Made by a program: the position numbers and the translations under genes. A stretch of 62,426 nucleotides of DNA, filler included, from Dugesia japonica (taxonomy: Eukaryota): the NCBI GenBank assembly GCA_001938525.1. It is 6 parts of 6 records of this genome, joined end to end, with 100 filler letters (N's around TTAATTAATTAA, not from the genome) between each part and the next. Parts side by side here need not be neighbours in the genome. Positions count along the whole stretch, not along the records: positions 31,111 to 41,086 come from MQRL01586320.1; positions 41,187 to 50,941 come from MQRL01633906.1; positions 51,042 to 62,426 come from MQRL01580941.1; 3 more parts are not named here. The stretch is one strand, 5' to 3'. The notes beneath the pieces are model-generated. The model made no database searches. It was not told the origin of the DNA and worked only from the letters and a program-made list of their open reading frames with translations. This document shows, in pieces, positions 36,618 through 51,110 of this stretch. How positions within the stretch are numbered: the first letter of the stretch is position 1; each line of letters opens with the position of its first letter.

Positions 36618-37387
36618 GTATGTGTATATTTAGATTTCATCACAACTACATGTGTAGGCTAGTTTGAGTGTACTGGCTTTGTGTGTGTCCATGTATGCAT
36701 GTAATGTTTGGATAGATCTACATTTCGATTGATAAAAATGTTTATTATGTTCTTTCTTTTTTAATCATTAGTAATTATTGTTGATTGCTTTCTTTTATGT
36801 TACGAGGTTTAAAGATAATTTTTCAATTTTTAACAAATACATTTTTTAAGCAATATATATTTTCAAGGTGTTGCTTTCAGGAAAAAAATCTCGTAAAACA
36901 TGATAAGGTAGAAATTCATTTATATTTAATTCATTTATAATTACCATTGTGAAATAGTGAAATTATGTAAACATCTGGAAACGTTTTCCGTTTTATGATT
37001 AAAATTAAATATCAGTTCCCGGATATTGTTGATTTGATTGGTTCATTAGCAAATAATGAAAAATATTAATATCTTTTTCACNNNNNNNNNNNNNNNNNNN
37101 NNNNNNNNNNNNNNNNNAAATAAATGAAGGGGATAACATATTTCATTAGATTTTATTATCTTTGAAGTAATTATATTACTAAAATAATTCTTGGTAAATT
37201 ATATACAATTAGATTTACTTTATTATTTTTAATATTCTATTTATAAGTTCATTTCGTTTTTATACAAATATTTTATTTAATTGAAATTATTAAAAGTTAG
37301 CATATGCTAAGTTTTAATGTTATTTAAATGAACAATCTATAACAAAAATATTTCAAAAAAATTGCATTTTGAAAATTTGCTAATATC

Positions 37388-38230
37388 TAAAATGGAAAGA
37401 ACATTACAAGCACATCATGCTTTATTATTTTGAGAAGCACTAAAATACTTCTCATACCAATAAAAATAAATGCTGTGTGTATGGTGAAAGTGCTGTTGAT
37501 AATTCCACGTGTCGTAAGTGGTTCAGAAATTTTCGCCAGAATTATTTTAATTTTACTGATGCAACACATTTCAGATGACAATTTGAAACCAAAAACGAAG
37601 AAGTATTGACACTTATTGGGAGTTATCGCCATAGAACAATTGAACTTGGTGTTAATCATTTTACAGTGTCCACGTCAACTTGGAATAAATCTTAAAGCAG
37701 ATGTATGGGTGCTGCATCAATTAACGGAGAAAAATTAAAGCATAATAAAAGTTGATTCATTTTTAAAACGAGTGATAACCGAAATGAAAAATAGATAGCA
37801 TATAATAATTTTAAGTCTACGAGATCATGGTGTGAGCCAGGAGATTTTCCNNNNNNNNNNNNNNNNNNNNNNNNNNNNNNNNNNNNNNNNNNNNNNNNNN
37901 NNNNNNNNNNNNNNNNNNNNNNNNNNNAAAGCGCTTGCCTCAAAAACAAAGTGTTAATTTTAACCAAATTATGTGTCTTTGACTACCCGACATAAACTTC
38001 TACAGCTAGACTAAAATATTTTAGACCATCCACCCCTGACTATCATTTATTTAGATCGCTTTAAAACAGTTTACATAATAAGAACTTTTCTTGCTATGAA
38101 GATTTCAAAAGTCACTTAAATCAGTTTCTCGGCGAGAAACATCAGTTTTTTATGAGTGCCGAATTACGCAGTTATCACACAATTGAAAAAAGGTCATACA
38201 AACAAAAAGACGAATATTGTATTGATGAAA
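37388..38230 (+). mobile_element. Decayed mariner transposon (probably within a KCC intron)
   Basis: HYKHIMLYYF..VYGESAVDNSTCRKWFRNF (HTH), a WV.HQL-like segment and PDYHLFRSL..KSHLNQF. Confidence 0.75.
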
Positions 38231-38617
38231 TGTAATTTATATTAAAAAAAATTGTTTCTTAAATTTTTGTAAAAAAAACGAGATAGACTTAGAATTATTT
38301 TTCTAATAAAATCAAAAAATAGAATCAGTAATTATTTATAAATTTCTAGTAGTTTTACACTTAAAATCATTTTGATATTTAATAAAGTTTAAAACAAGTA
38401 TTATACACGGAGAGAATGTGACCTTTAATAAATACAACTACGGCCATGCAAGAGTTTTTTGTTTCGATTATTTTCAACAATATGACATTATTTTTTATTT
38501 TCCAGGCAAATGAAGTTGGATTTATTAATAATTGTAACTATTGTAATTTCATGATTATTGAATCTTTATGGATGTTAGAATCAATGCATACTTGTTCATA
38601 AATTTTATTTCCCTTAT

Positions 38618-39745
38618 ACTATTTCGTTTTTAAAAATATCTTTAATCCACTGTATTGTGATCTATATTTAATATTAGGGGAAAAAATTCATAAATTTTAA
38701 ATTGAGTAAAATTTAAAACACTCTAGTAAAATATTGAAACAAATAAAAATTTTTAAAAATTATTTAAAAAATCATTAAAAAGTCTACTAAATTTTATAAA
38801 TATGAGAATGGTAATTTTTTATAATTTTGATTTCATTTTATGATAAGAAAAATTTGGTACTTTGCACGCTTCTACAAGGTTTAATTCGTTTAAAATTAAT
38901 TAGCAAAGAAACGGTCGGAAAATAAGATAACAAAAATCATTCGAATAATGAAAACAAAAATGCTAACGTTCTAGATTCGATATTATTTTGGAATCTCATT
39001 TCATTAGATAAATTCGATTAATATATAAATTTTAGCGGATGAAATAAAAATTACGAATAAGAGCACTTCACATTAAGTTGCTTAACAATCACGTATTAAG
39101 AATTTCAATCACATAGATAACATACCGATAATGAAATTCTAAAATTCAAATTAACAGCTATAAAATTTTTTAATAAAAATTTGTAAAAAGCAATAATAAA
39201 AAAGCAGTTTATAAATGTTACACTTTATTAAGACCATATGTAAATAGAGATAATTAAATTTGAAATTTACATATTTTCATAACCGAATTAAATTCAACTC
39301 TTATGAATAATGTCTAAATTAGGGTGTTTCATTATAACCTCATCATCCTCACAAAATTCCAAGACAAGACATTTATAGAAAGACCTGGGTTTTCTTTTCA
39401 AACTTAGGAATATTATACAACCTCATTTGTATGTCGGCATGGTCAAATATAAGTTCAGCAAGATATTTCTTATAATTTTCCTCTAAATTTCTGATTTTTG
39501 TAAACCTCATTTCTATATATTTTTTTTAATTTCTACATGATCTATATTTAATATTAGGGGAAAAAATTCATAAATTTTAAATTGAGTCAAATTTAAAACA
39601 CACTAGTAAAATATTTAAATGAATGAATATTTAAACCAATAAATATTTTTTAAAATTATTTAAAAAATCATTAAAAAGTCTACTAAATTTTGTAAATATG
39701 AGAATGGTAATTTTTTTATAATTTTGATTTAATTTTATGATAAAA
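38618..39745 (+). repeat. About 220-bp direct duplication (about 38618-38845 and 39538-39745)
   Basis: Both copies begin TGATCTATATTTAATATTAGGGGAAAAAATTCATAAATTTTAAATTGAGT. Confidence 0.8.
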
Positions 39746-41186
39746 CCAAATCGGGAATGTTTTAGAAGTAGAGTAATTTTNNNNNNNNNNNNNNNNNNNN
39801 NNNNNNNNNNNNNNNNNNNNNNNNNNNNNNNNNNNNNNNNNNNNNNNNNNNNNNNNNNNNNNNNNNNNNNNNNNNNNGAAATTCCCATAAATTACACGTT
39901 AACAATTTTAATTAGTAAAAAATATATTTTATTTCAATTATTATCTTTTGTCGAATAAATCAATAAAATATTTAAAAGGATTAAAAAGACGAAATTAAAT
40001 TATATCAACAAATATGATTTCTTTTTTTATTACTATTTTCTGCGATTAAAAAATTATTTTTGTTAGATTTGAATTGACCAATCAATTCATAGCAGACTCC
40101 AGTAAAAATTGTTCACTACTATGTATTTTGTACAAAAATTATTTTCAATTGTAAAATGACAGAAAAGTTTTCGTATCTTGTACTTTCATTGAGATCTTAT
40201 TCAACCAATAAACTGGCAATTTGATTTTAAAATCTGATTCTCCTAAGATAATTTTGTTGTTACTTGTTAACTGAAATTTTCATTAGGCTTCCTGTGATAA
40301 TCATTTTACACATGAACATATTGATAAATTGGTTTCTTTTTATATTCCATAAAATTTCATAGATTATTTTTTTCTATTCATTTTGAGCAATATTAAAATT
40401 TATTAACTATATTACTATATTTTTAACAAATAATTCATTTACTGGATTTCGTAACAAAATACATCTTAACAGTATTTATTTAAGCTGTTAATAAAATTTC
40501 ATAAATGTGTTTGTGTGTGGTTCCTCATTAAACACGCAAGTTGCATTTGAGGTTGTTTACATACAAGCTCGAGAAAGTTATAACAGTTGTTTAAATAGTT
40601 TTTTTTTAATACATCAATTTTCAAAAATTACCGCTTGTTTTTTGTCTTTTTGATTTTTGTTTTCAAACTGAGGTTTACTTTATCATTTCATAACCAGATA
40701 TTATTATTAATATTATTATTATTATTGGTTTAATTTCCATTTCCATGGTAACATTTAATTTTATTCTATTTTGTGATTGCCACTATAATTAATCGTCAAT
40801 TATAGTACTTTTATCAGTGAATGAAACTTATAAAGAATGTAGTCATCTGAAGAAAAATACTACACAGTATCTCATTGTAAATAATGTAATTTGGTTAAAA
40901 TGCATTTTAACAAACAATGAAAGTCAGACGGATTGATCTTTTGTATTGAATTTAACGAATATTAAAAATTCGTTTTTGAATTGAAATGAATTGAATATTT
41001 TGTGAAATTTAATATTTTTTTGTTAAATTTCATTTCAAATTTTGAAATTCTTTAATAAATAAATGCATTTACCAGCCCAAAGCTTTNNNNNNNNNNNNNN
41101 NNNNNNNNNNNNNNNNNNNNNNNNNNNNNNTTAATTAATTAANNNNNNNNNNNNNNNNNNNNNNNNNNNNNNNNNNNNNNNNNNNN

Positions 41187-41805
41187 ACTACCTTAGTGAA
41201 AGTCTTACTACACTTTAATTCGTATCTCTGGGGTAGGTAGTGATTTGACTACCTTAGTGAAAGTCTTATTCGCATCTCCGGGGTAGTGATCGTAATCGTG
41301 ATCGTAATCGTAGTCGTAATCGTAGTCGTAATCGTGATCGTGATCGTGATCGTAGTAATGGTTTTTTTTCATTTTTTACTACACTATATTACATTTTTAT
41401 ATTGAAATGGGGTGCCATTTTTGCGATTATGCTAATATGGTATTTTTTAAAAAAATGACATTTGACTACCTTAGTGAAATGCTTACTTCCCTCTGGGCGG
41501 GGTAGTGAAATTGGTAATATTACACTATTTACTGCATTATTTGACATTTTATTTATTTTTACTTTGAAATCTTGTAATGGGGTGCCATATTGCGATTCTG
41601 CTAATATGGCACTTTTATTACCATTATTAAGGGAATTATGGTATTTTAATGACATTTTACATTGAAATCTCGTCATATGTTGCCATATTGCGGCTTCGCA
41701 AAAATGGCACCTTTTTATAAATGTTAAATGATTACATTTGACTAACTTAGTGATTTACTGACTAACCTTATCTACTTATATATATATATGTGTGTGTGTG
41801 TGTAT
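41187..41805. repeat. Complex repeat array (TGACTACCTTAGTGAAA x4, (GTRATC)n, TGCCATWTTGCG x3) ending in (AT)n(GT)n; probable TE terminus
   Basis: Direct inspection. Confidence 0.6.
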
Positions 41806-44055
41806 GAATGTTTTAAATTACTTTTATTATGTAGCTGATTCTTGCTTTTTTTTAATTGATATTGTACATTATATCTACTTTAGTCTTATTCCTTTATTTG
41901 CTCCAGGCCTACAGAAACCGATTATAATTAAAACTATAATACGAAATTATTAAATTTCCAAATTTATATTAATTCATTTGTCTTTAATTTGATGATTACA
42001 AACAACAAAATTATTAATTCTAAATTAATTAATATAATTAAAAGATTAACTAATATTTCTTGTATTTCCTTATCATTTTCACTGACATTTAGACAAGCTC
42101 TCTCAATAAGATCCACTGTTGCAGTGAGTAAAAGAGAATAGTTCATTGATTTAATTGAATATTCATTACATTTTTATATGAAAATTTTAAAAGATAAAAT
42201 TTCTTTTATTTTTTTTTTTTGAGAAAATGAACAATTATCTAAATTTCAATTTAAATTGATTTAAAAAAAACAAACATAATTTTTAGTGAAAAATTATTTT
42301 TATTCTATAACTTATTTCAAATGAACAATAACAGAAATATAACTGAAAACTCTAAATAAATTCTCGATTTAAAAACCACTTTTCTTCAAAAATATATTTC
42401 ATTATATATTAAGAATAACTAATTAATAAATGGGTAACTCTCATTTGCGATATTATTATTTTTTTTTCTAGATCAATCGAAAAAGAAATTTTTTAGAAAT
42501 TTCTTTGAAAATGAACTCAATTGTGTTTAAATAAATTTAAAGTAATGTAGTAGTCTATTCTCATTAAATGAGCATATTTTATTTAAAATTATTTTAACAA
42601 TAAAAAGTCCCATTAAAAATGTGGATTTTTAGATTTAAGAATGAAAATGTATATTTTATTAATACACAGATGAGACAATGAAATCAGTTATACTTAATAT
42701 CAACAGCCGCTCACCTGGAAGCAATAATCTGGTTTATGAGAACATTTTCTTCTGGGGACAAGTCTGAAATGTTCGTTTGTAACAATTCTTCGGAATATTT
42801 AGCTCTTCTTAATTGTAGCGAATGCTGCTGGAGCTTACGAATGGCTTTGGATACTTTTGTCCGTCGCCCTTCATAATTATCGATATGAAGTATTATAGAG
42901 CCATGCCCCCGATCCAATGCACCACGTTCAAAGAATATATCAAGCAGATTTTTTGCACATTTTTTATTGAAACTAAATCATTACATAATTCGTTTGACCG
43001 TTCCGTAGTCTGGTTCGATCTTTTCCATTTTTACGAACAATCTCTTGTAATGGAATAAAAACAGTATTTTCCTTTGAAAGAGTATCCATTAAAAATTTGA
43101 AAAGTTTTAATAAAAATAAACTAAATAGCTCATTAAAAGAAAATTAATATTGAAATCTACAAATTCACTTTTTTATGGAACAAAGATAGTGAATAATTAT
43201 CCTTAATCATTTAATGATCATTTAAATTAATGGTATCAAATTCATCAGCAGCATGATTTGTTAAATTTTTCGGTAATAGAAAAAAAAAATATATATATAT
43301 ATATATATTTGATATCCATGATAATCAAAAAAAACCTTGGTAAGAAATGTGTAATACAGCAATTGTCCTCGTTATGATTCTAGATTAAATTCTTCGCGGG
43401 GTTTCACTGGGCTACGATACCCTAGATGAAATGTCAGAAACTGAGCTGCTTAGATGAAACCCCAACAAATAAAATTAATAAAATAAATCATAGCAAATAA
43501 TTGGTACTGAAAACGTTCTTATATGAGAAATGACATAGATNCCAAGAGAATGGAAAACTTAAGGAGAATTATATAAAATTATTCAAGTAGCTAGTACAAG
43601 AAAAATTATGATCAAAAGACGGATGTAACAATAAACACATGAAATTCGGTCGTAGATGAAAGAAATATCGGGCCAATACGCAGTGAAAAAGAGAAATTAA
43701 GCTGGGATTATACATAAATGAAAACTGAAAATTCATTATAACAGCACTTATAAAAAATGACAAATTACTGTGAGAAAATAAAAAGAAATAATAAAAAATG
43801 AAGTTTAAAGAAATTGATAAATGATTATTTGAATTATAAAATATATTACAGGGATTTTCCTCGGGTTTTGATAATTTTTCAATCAATTTTGACATTTTAG
43901 AAGTTTACAAACTCACTCGAAATCCTATTAAAACTAGAATTATAAGTTAAGCAGCATATAGTCTGATTAATCTTGTGTAAAATAAGTAAACAATGATACT
44001 CTTTTGCAATATAAATTACATCTAAACGTTTTTTTAATATTTCTATCTAAAGTAT

Positions 44056-45335
44056 TGTTGGGACAAAACCCAACTAACTATTATTAATTCTACAACCTAC
44101 TTGAGAAAAATCATAATAAATGTTATATAAAAATTAAACCATAATAATGAAAATATCTTACGAATTTGCAAGATATATCCGATAATATCTCAAAAATATC
44201 CAGAGAAAAATAGATAATGGAAGCATAGACTAAAAATAAAGAAAGTATTAGTGATAAAATTTACAGAAATAATTAAATAAACAAATAAAATACCTGTGAA
44301 ATGATCAATTTTCTGGCAAATACAAAATAATTTTACGCTAAATACTTCCAAAAGAGAAACAAAAGCATCCAATGATACACGAATCTGAATGAAAAATCAG
44401 TATAAAAAGGGCAAAGAATTAAACGAAACTTACCCTTAACAATCTCGTCATCTTGACAACAATCCACGTTTGTTAGCATCGATTGGGTTAAAAACGAGTT
44501 ACAGCGAATCTACGAAAATCCAAAATAATTCAAATTTCTAGAAAACNNNNNNGCAAGAAAATTTTCAATTCAATCCCGACCAATCAGATCGATAATTAAA
44601 ATTTGGAATTTCCTAAAGAACACATTTTAAAAGTTTAAAATTAAAAATTTCGTATTCTAACTTACATCCTGCTATTGACATTCAAAATAGACAACGATAT
44701 CCGTCGATCAAAAGACATCATCTAGCGGCTCAATTATTCAGATAATCTCGGATAAAAAAATCGTGATTGCCATACGACAACAAGTTGGAATCAGGAGATA
44801 ATTGTCAAATTTTCAAATTACCAATACCCGAGTGAAGCAGGAAATCAGCTGTCATTTCAATTAAATCTCTACTACTAGGCTACTATAAATAGTTTACTAT
44901 AAGGAAGCAGAAACACACATAAATAAGAAGAAATATTAACTTTCGATTATTTGTGCTCACATCAAATCAATTCAAGTTCTATGCTTCAATCGAGTTCTCT
45001 ATTCAGAACAGGAAAATAATAACAGCCATCAGTTATTTCATTATCGCCGCGAATGTCAATTATCCTACAACCACACAATTCAAGATCCAATTTTTTCAGT
45101 TCCAAAAGTATTCATCAATTAAGTATGTTAAATATTGTTGTTATGTAATTATATGCAATTATGTAACCTAATTTGATTTACTTGTTAGTTTTATTGTCAT
45201 TTCATAATTATATGATTTATCTAATCATTATTTTGAGTTTTAAATGTTTGACTTTATTATGATTAGGTTTTTAGTAAGACACTATAAGTTAGTAAGAGTA
45301 CGCACATTATGAGTTAATAAATTACTAAACCACCA
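44056..45335 (+). mobile_element. Possible solo LTR (TGTTGGG...CCACCA) next to an (ATT)n tract
   Basis: TG..CA ends, imperfect 5-bp flanks AGTAT/ATTAT, internal TATAAAT at about 44885. Confidence 0.3.
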
Positions 45336-45372
<37 letters not shown>

Positions 45373-45686
45373 GTTCTTTAGCAAACTAAACATTTTTAGC
45401 AAATTAATCAAAATATTAAAACAAAATTTACACAGTTAGTTTCACATTACTTTAAGTATAATTGTTAATAACAAAATGAAAATAAAACCAATAAAGTGAA
45501 AATTTATCAAAAATAGATTTTATTGAGAAACAGCATGAGAGTATTCAATGTGACTGAGTGATTATTTGTAATATTGGTCGTCCAGAGAAAAATTGTGTGG
45601 GTAATTTAAATAAGACATTTTATGAATTCAGTCATTTGATTTATAATAATTTTTTTAGAAATGAAATTTTTGATTATTTTTATGTA

Positions 45687-46193
45687 ATGCATTCTTCTGC
45701 TAATAATGCATCAATTTTTTTATTAGAACCCGCTTCGTTTCTTGTCTATACACTGATTCTGATATTGTCTGTGATTATCTTTTTCTGTAGTTGCAGTGGA
45801 ATATTTTATGTTTTATATTTATCTTATAAAAATTGGTGTCAAACAATGCATGGATATTGTGATGAGTTTATTCAATTCAATTACGTTTCAATAAACAATG
45901 GTGAACCCAAAGCAACGGCAGATGTAAAATTAATTGAGTTAAATGAAAATTTAAAAGAAAAGCCTATTATTAATGAACCTGAAATTCAAAACGAAAAGCC
46001 ACAACCAAAAACAATAACAGCGAGAATAACTAAAATGAAATTACCTGGAGATGAACAAGATAATAAAGAACCGGTAAAAGTAATTGAAATTCAGCCAAAT
46101 AAATTTGTACAAAAGTCTTGTAAAAAAGATAGAGAACTAAGAAATCCAGGTCCAGATAAGGAACTAGGTAATTATATGGTTTTGAAAAATTAA
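45687..46193 (+). CDS. Orphan single-pass membrane protein (168 aa from ATG 45687; may be a terminal exon)
   Basis: Long open frame: N-terminal sequon (NAS), hydrophobic FLVYTLILILSVIIFFCSCSGIFYVLYL, charged cytoplasmic tail ending GNYMVLKN; AATAAA about 70 nt downstream. Confidence 0.5.
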   Translation: MHSSANNASIFLLEPASFLVYTLILILSVIIFFCSCSGIFYVLYLSYKNWCQTMHGYCDEFIQFNYVSINNGEPKATADVKLIELNENLKEKPIINEPEIQNEKPQPKTITARITKMKLPGDEQDNKEPVKVIEIQPNKFVQKSCKKDRELRNPGPDKELGNYMVLKN

Positions 46194-49100
46194 ATTTCAT
46201 AAATTAATCCAAAAAATTTATTGGATTATTTTTAGACTTTTGGGAATTTCCATTAATTAAATCAATAAAATCAGAGTGAATGGGGTTTGAAGAAGTTAGA
46301 CAATTTTTAACAAAGAAGATAGTGCCCGAGATAATTTGACGTCAACAATTTTTTACGATAAATTAAAATCAAAAAAAAATTAGTTATAATATTGTTAATT
46401 TTCGGGAAGGATAAACATTTGTAGACATAATTTTATGTCATTGAAACTTATTGGCATAATTAACGGACGGTCCTTTTCTCAATGTCCCTTTTAACAAGGT
46501 TTACTTTAAATAATAGCGTTAAATAAATAAACCGAAATTTTAATAAATATTTTCTGATTTCATTTGAACATATTCAGACATATCGAACTTTAACTCGGCT
46601 TTAAATTTGCTTTTCTCTTGTTACTTTTGTTTCAAATCGAAGGATAAATGTTTTTACATTTTCAAACATTTGTGTAAAATCTACTATTAATAGCATAACC
46701 ATTTAAATCCAACGTGCTATCCTAATATATGTGAGGTTCAAAAGATGAATTTATATTTATTTAAATTTAAATGTCCTCACAATTTGTGTTCAATTTGACG
46801 AGACCAAAATCAGTTCATTTCCGTTTTCCGAAAAATTAAGAGAGTTTGGTAAGACAATAATTTATTTCGATCTGAGTTGTATAAGTTCAACTATAATATT
46901 TATAATTCTAGTTAATATAAATAACAAATTAATGTAAGAACAAACACAATAAAACTCAAAAATTTATTTTCATTTATGACAAATAACAGTAGAATTCTTA
47001 TGAAATTATTCGCAGTTTAATAATAATTTTGCACGTCTTTATTAGGCGTAGCTTTATGAAGCACAAAGTAATTTCAAGACACAATTGCTCAAAAAATATA
47101 CAAACGTTGTCCATTACCGTTTTGGATCAATGCCTTAATGAAAAAGATGGATATATTGGAAAAGTATTTATTAATTATTAACTTCAAATACAGCCCAGAT
47201 TATTAAAAAATCTGCGTATTTGTTATTTTGATTATAAGTCGATTGATTTTATTTTTTAATATCTTAACTTGATCGATTTTGATCAAGGTGATTATACTCT
47301 ACAATTTTATTTTAAAATTAGAGTATAATCTATAAAGTTAATTAATTTTATAATAATAAAATTTACCAATTTGCAATTGTAAAATTTTTAATTAAATCCA
47401 ATATCAACTGGTTTTCAAATAAATTCCAATGTAAGTGCAAATTAAATCGATAATTAATTTCAGTTTTACTTCTTTTTTTCTAATTTAAATAATTTCTTAT
47501 TTATATAAATTTATAACAAATAGAAATAATTACTTATTTTAGAACTAAATTTATTTTCAGTATTTTATTTTTTTTTTAAATAATTATTTCGAAATTACTA
47601 TTTTTAGTAATTGATTTTTAATTAATATTTAAAATCCTATTTTAAGTAATTAATTTTTAAATTTATTTATTTTTAGTAATTTAATACATTTTAGTTCTAT
47701 TTTTAGAATTTTCTTAATTTTTCTACTCAATGTATAATTAATTATTATTAATTATTATCAATTATTAATTATTATCAGAAATACTCTATGATTTTATAAT
47801 ATATGAAACTGGGGTAGGATTCACACGAACTCTCACATATATTTTGTAGAATATTTTTCTAAAAATTTTAAAGATTACGTGAGATAACCATTAAAATTTA
47901 TTTTGAAAATTTATGTGTTATACGACATTTAAATGAAATTCATTTATCATTCTATTATATGGGTGATCAGACGTTTTGCCAACAAGAGCTGAAAATTCTA
48001 AACACAGAATTTTGAGAGTCGCAATTAGAGAAACATTTTAATTGTTTATTATTTAAAAATCACTTTATCATTTATTTTAAAGAAATATTCATACATATTT
48101 AAATCCATTAAAAATATTCAGAAAATTTTTATTATTTACTTGTAGATTCAGTATATATTAAATGTTTTAAACTAAATTTTTGCCAGACTTATAATATTTT
48201 CCGGCTTTGTACAGAGCTGCATTTAAGACATAAAAGAGCCGCNNNNNNNNNNNNNNNNNNNNNNNNNNNNNNNNNNNNNNNNNNNNNNNNNNGTTTGGCC
48301 ACCTTGGTTCTATTATTTAAAATAAATTACAAAACCTTTTAAAAAATTTTAAATAACAAAATCGTTATAATCATACAACACAAAAATAATTACACAATAA
48401 ATTAATTTTAATATGTTTTAGTATCAAGATGATTTACAAAATAAAATGTTTTCCAAATGAATACTTTTCAAAAAATTCAACTCCCAAACCTTTAAACATC
48501 CTTTTGAAGTTGGAAAATTTACAGTAACTTATAAAATTTCAATACAACAAAAATTTGGTTTCTTTATAATTTTGTTTTAATAAATTATAAATTTTAATTA
48601 TAAAGTTTATAATATTATTATAATATTATTATATTATTATATATTATAATATTATAATATTATTATAAATTTAATTATAAACATTATAAATTTTGATTTA
48701 TGCTTAATATATTGTACCGCTTCGCTGTATGATATTATTTAGTATTCGGTAAAGCAGTAACTAGAGATTTAAAAATTTATTATGAATTTAATTTTTAAAT
48801 AAGTCGTTTTCTTCTGTAAATTTCAAAAAAAAAGTTAATATGGTACTTATGGAATTATAGGGAATATATTTAAAAATAAGAATTTAGATTTAATTATTGT
48901 AAATTTAAAAATTGACTGATTTACTTAACATAATTAAAACAAATATTCTTTTGGAAATAACATATTAAATTAACTTAAATAACACAAAATTTACAAAGAA
49001 AATCCAATTGACATTTTTATTGATGAAATAAAAAATTAAAATTGATAATATTTTCTAATTGCCGGTGAAATGAATCGATAAAAATTATAATAAAGAATAA

Positions 49101-49637
49101 AATAATTTTAGAAAATAATTACCAGTTATTTTGTTATTATACAGTAATTATTAAAAATTGAAAGATAAAACAAAGTTTGAAATATACAGTAAATATAAAA
49201 TGATTATTATCCGATATCAGTAGGATAAAGATGATTCTCAAATATTTACAACTGATAATTCGTTCAATTTGTTGCTTGAGTGTTGAGGACCTAAGGCTAT
49301 TGCAGCTTTTCTTATAGTTAGGATTGTATGAATTAATAAGGAATAAAGTAGCTAATTGTGACGATGATACATGGTTTCTGTTAGATGAGTTTTAAAGTAC
49401 TCAGGTAATTAATGTCATCACTCGTTTCCACAAAAAATTTATTAACAAAACAAAATTATATCCATCACTGTTTGTTTATTCAAACAAATTAAAACTCTAT
49501 TTTCTAATTAGAAATCATTTTTCAATTTATTAAAATTTTACATAAAATTTTTACTTTGTTATTAAAATTTCACTTAAATATATTTCCGAAATTTTAAATA
49601 AAATAATCATTTGTTATTAAAATATTTCCGAAATTTT

Positions 49638-50670
49638 AACGCTTTGTTGATAAGGGCATTAAATCCTAAAATTAATGTTCAATTGACGGATTCAACATCG
49701 CTCTTAAAACTATTTTATTGAATGTTTACATTGAGATTGCACAATTGAAATTATATAATCATTTAAACTTTGTAAAAAGTTTGTTTTAATATTCTTTAAT
49801 TGCCTGATGATGATGGTTATTACGTCGAAATTGATCGCAAATAAATATTTTAAAAAATGGTGTTCAATTATTTAATTAAAAAAATTACCATTATTTTTTG
49901 AGTTTTTAAACGAGGTTGTCATTTATTATTCAATTCCTAATTTAAATATTTCCAAAATTTTAAATAAAATAGTCATTTCTAAAAATCTACAATGTTTAAA
50001 AATATTTAAACTAATCCTTAAACTATTCGTAATTTTTGTACAAAAGTTATCTTTTCAAGTGAAGAAATGAGATTGACTTCCATCAGGTTGATAAAAAATA
50101 CGTTTCTGAATAATGGTTATCCAAATAGAATTGTATTTAAATATCCATCCTCGAATACAAAATTTAATAAAATCAAACAAAAGACAAACACAGTAATCAA
50201 ATTACCCTTGATTAATGAGAAATGTAGCCAAATCATGCAAAATATATTTTAAAAAATTGAAACTCAAACACAATCCAAGAATTATATTCAAAACAGAAGC
50301 ACCTTTGGGTATCCAATTACAGAAACCAAGACAAGGTTTTTGTGGTCCCAAAGGCATTTGTGATGGTAGAAATATATTCAATAAAAAATATATCACTTAC
50401 AAAATAACATGCACCTTATGTAAGGAAACATATATAGGAGAATCATGCAGAACCATCCGTACAAGAATTAAAGAACATCTCAAATAGAAAAAAGTGAGGT
50501 CTTCAAACACTTTCAAAACAAACATAATGTTTTACCAGAAAATCATCATATTACATGGAAAACATTAGGAACAGGCTACATTTCTACACTTCTCAGAAAG
50601 AAACATGAACAAATATTAATTAAAGAGGAGAAACCTGAGATTAACGTGATTTTTAACAATTACAATTTAT
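49638..50670 (+). mobile_element. Penelope-like element remnants: pLTR-like 3' end with hammerhead, then RT C-terminus and GIY-YIG endonuclease
   Basis: ALLIRALNPKINVQ (EN tail) at about 49640; FLNNGYP, IKLPLI, YKITCTLCKETYIGES.RTIRTRIKEH, SEVFKHF and EQILIKEEKPEIN. Confidence 0.85.
49797..49843 (+). ncRNA. Minimal type I hammerhead ribozyme
   Basis: Stem I TTGC/GCAA; CTGATGA (49804-49810); stem II GATG/CGTC; GAAA (49827-49830); short self-complementary stem III ATTGAT; predicted cleavage after AUC at 49836. Penelope context. Confidence 0.8.
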
Positions 50671-51041
50671 AAAAATGTTCAGAAAAATTTTCCCTAATTA
50701 CAATAATTATAAAAATTTTATAATTACAATTATTGTGAGAATAATTGTTGGACTTAGCCATTGATCGCATTTGAGATTTCATTAAAATAAAGAAAAAGCT
50801 TCGATCAAAATAATATGACTATGTAAAAAAAGTTCAAATTTTCGACAATAGTCTTATTCAGGAACATGTTGGCTTCTTGATATATTCAATACAATAGATC
50901 TTTTTTACTCAATTCTTTAAATTTTATCGAAATTTTATTGGNNNNNNNNNNNNNNNNNNNNNNNNNNNNNNNNNNNNNNNNNNNNTTAATTAATTAANNN
51001 NNNNNNNNNNNNNNNNNNNNNNNNNNNNNNNNNNNNNNNNN

Positions 51042-51110
<69 letters not shown>

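Noticed and set aside
42711-43070. Possible host exon on the minus strand ending CAG|GTGAG
   Set aside because: No consistent acceptor or frame, no recognisable domain and no partner exons identified.
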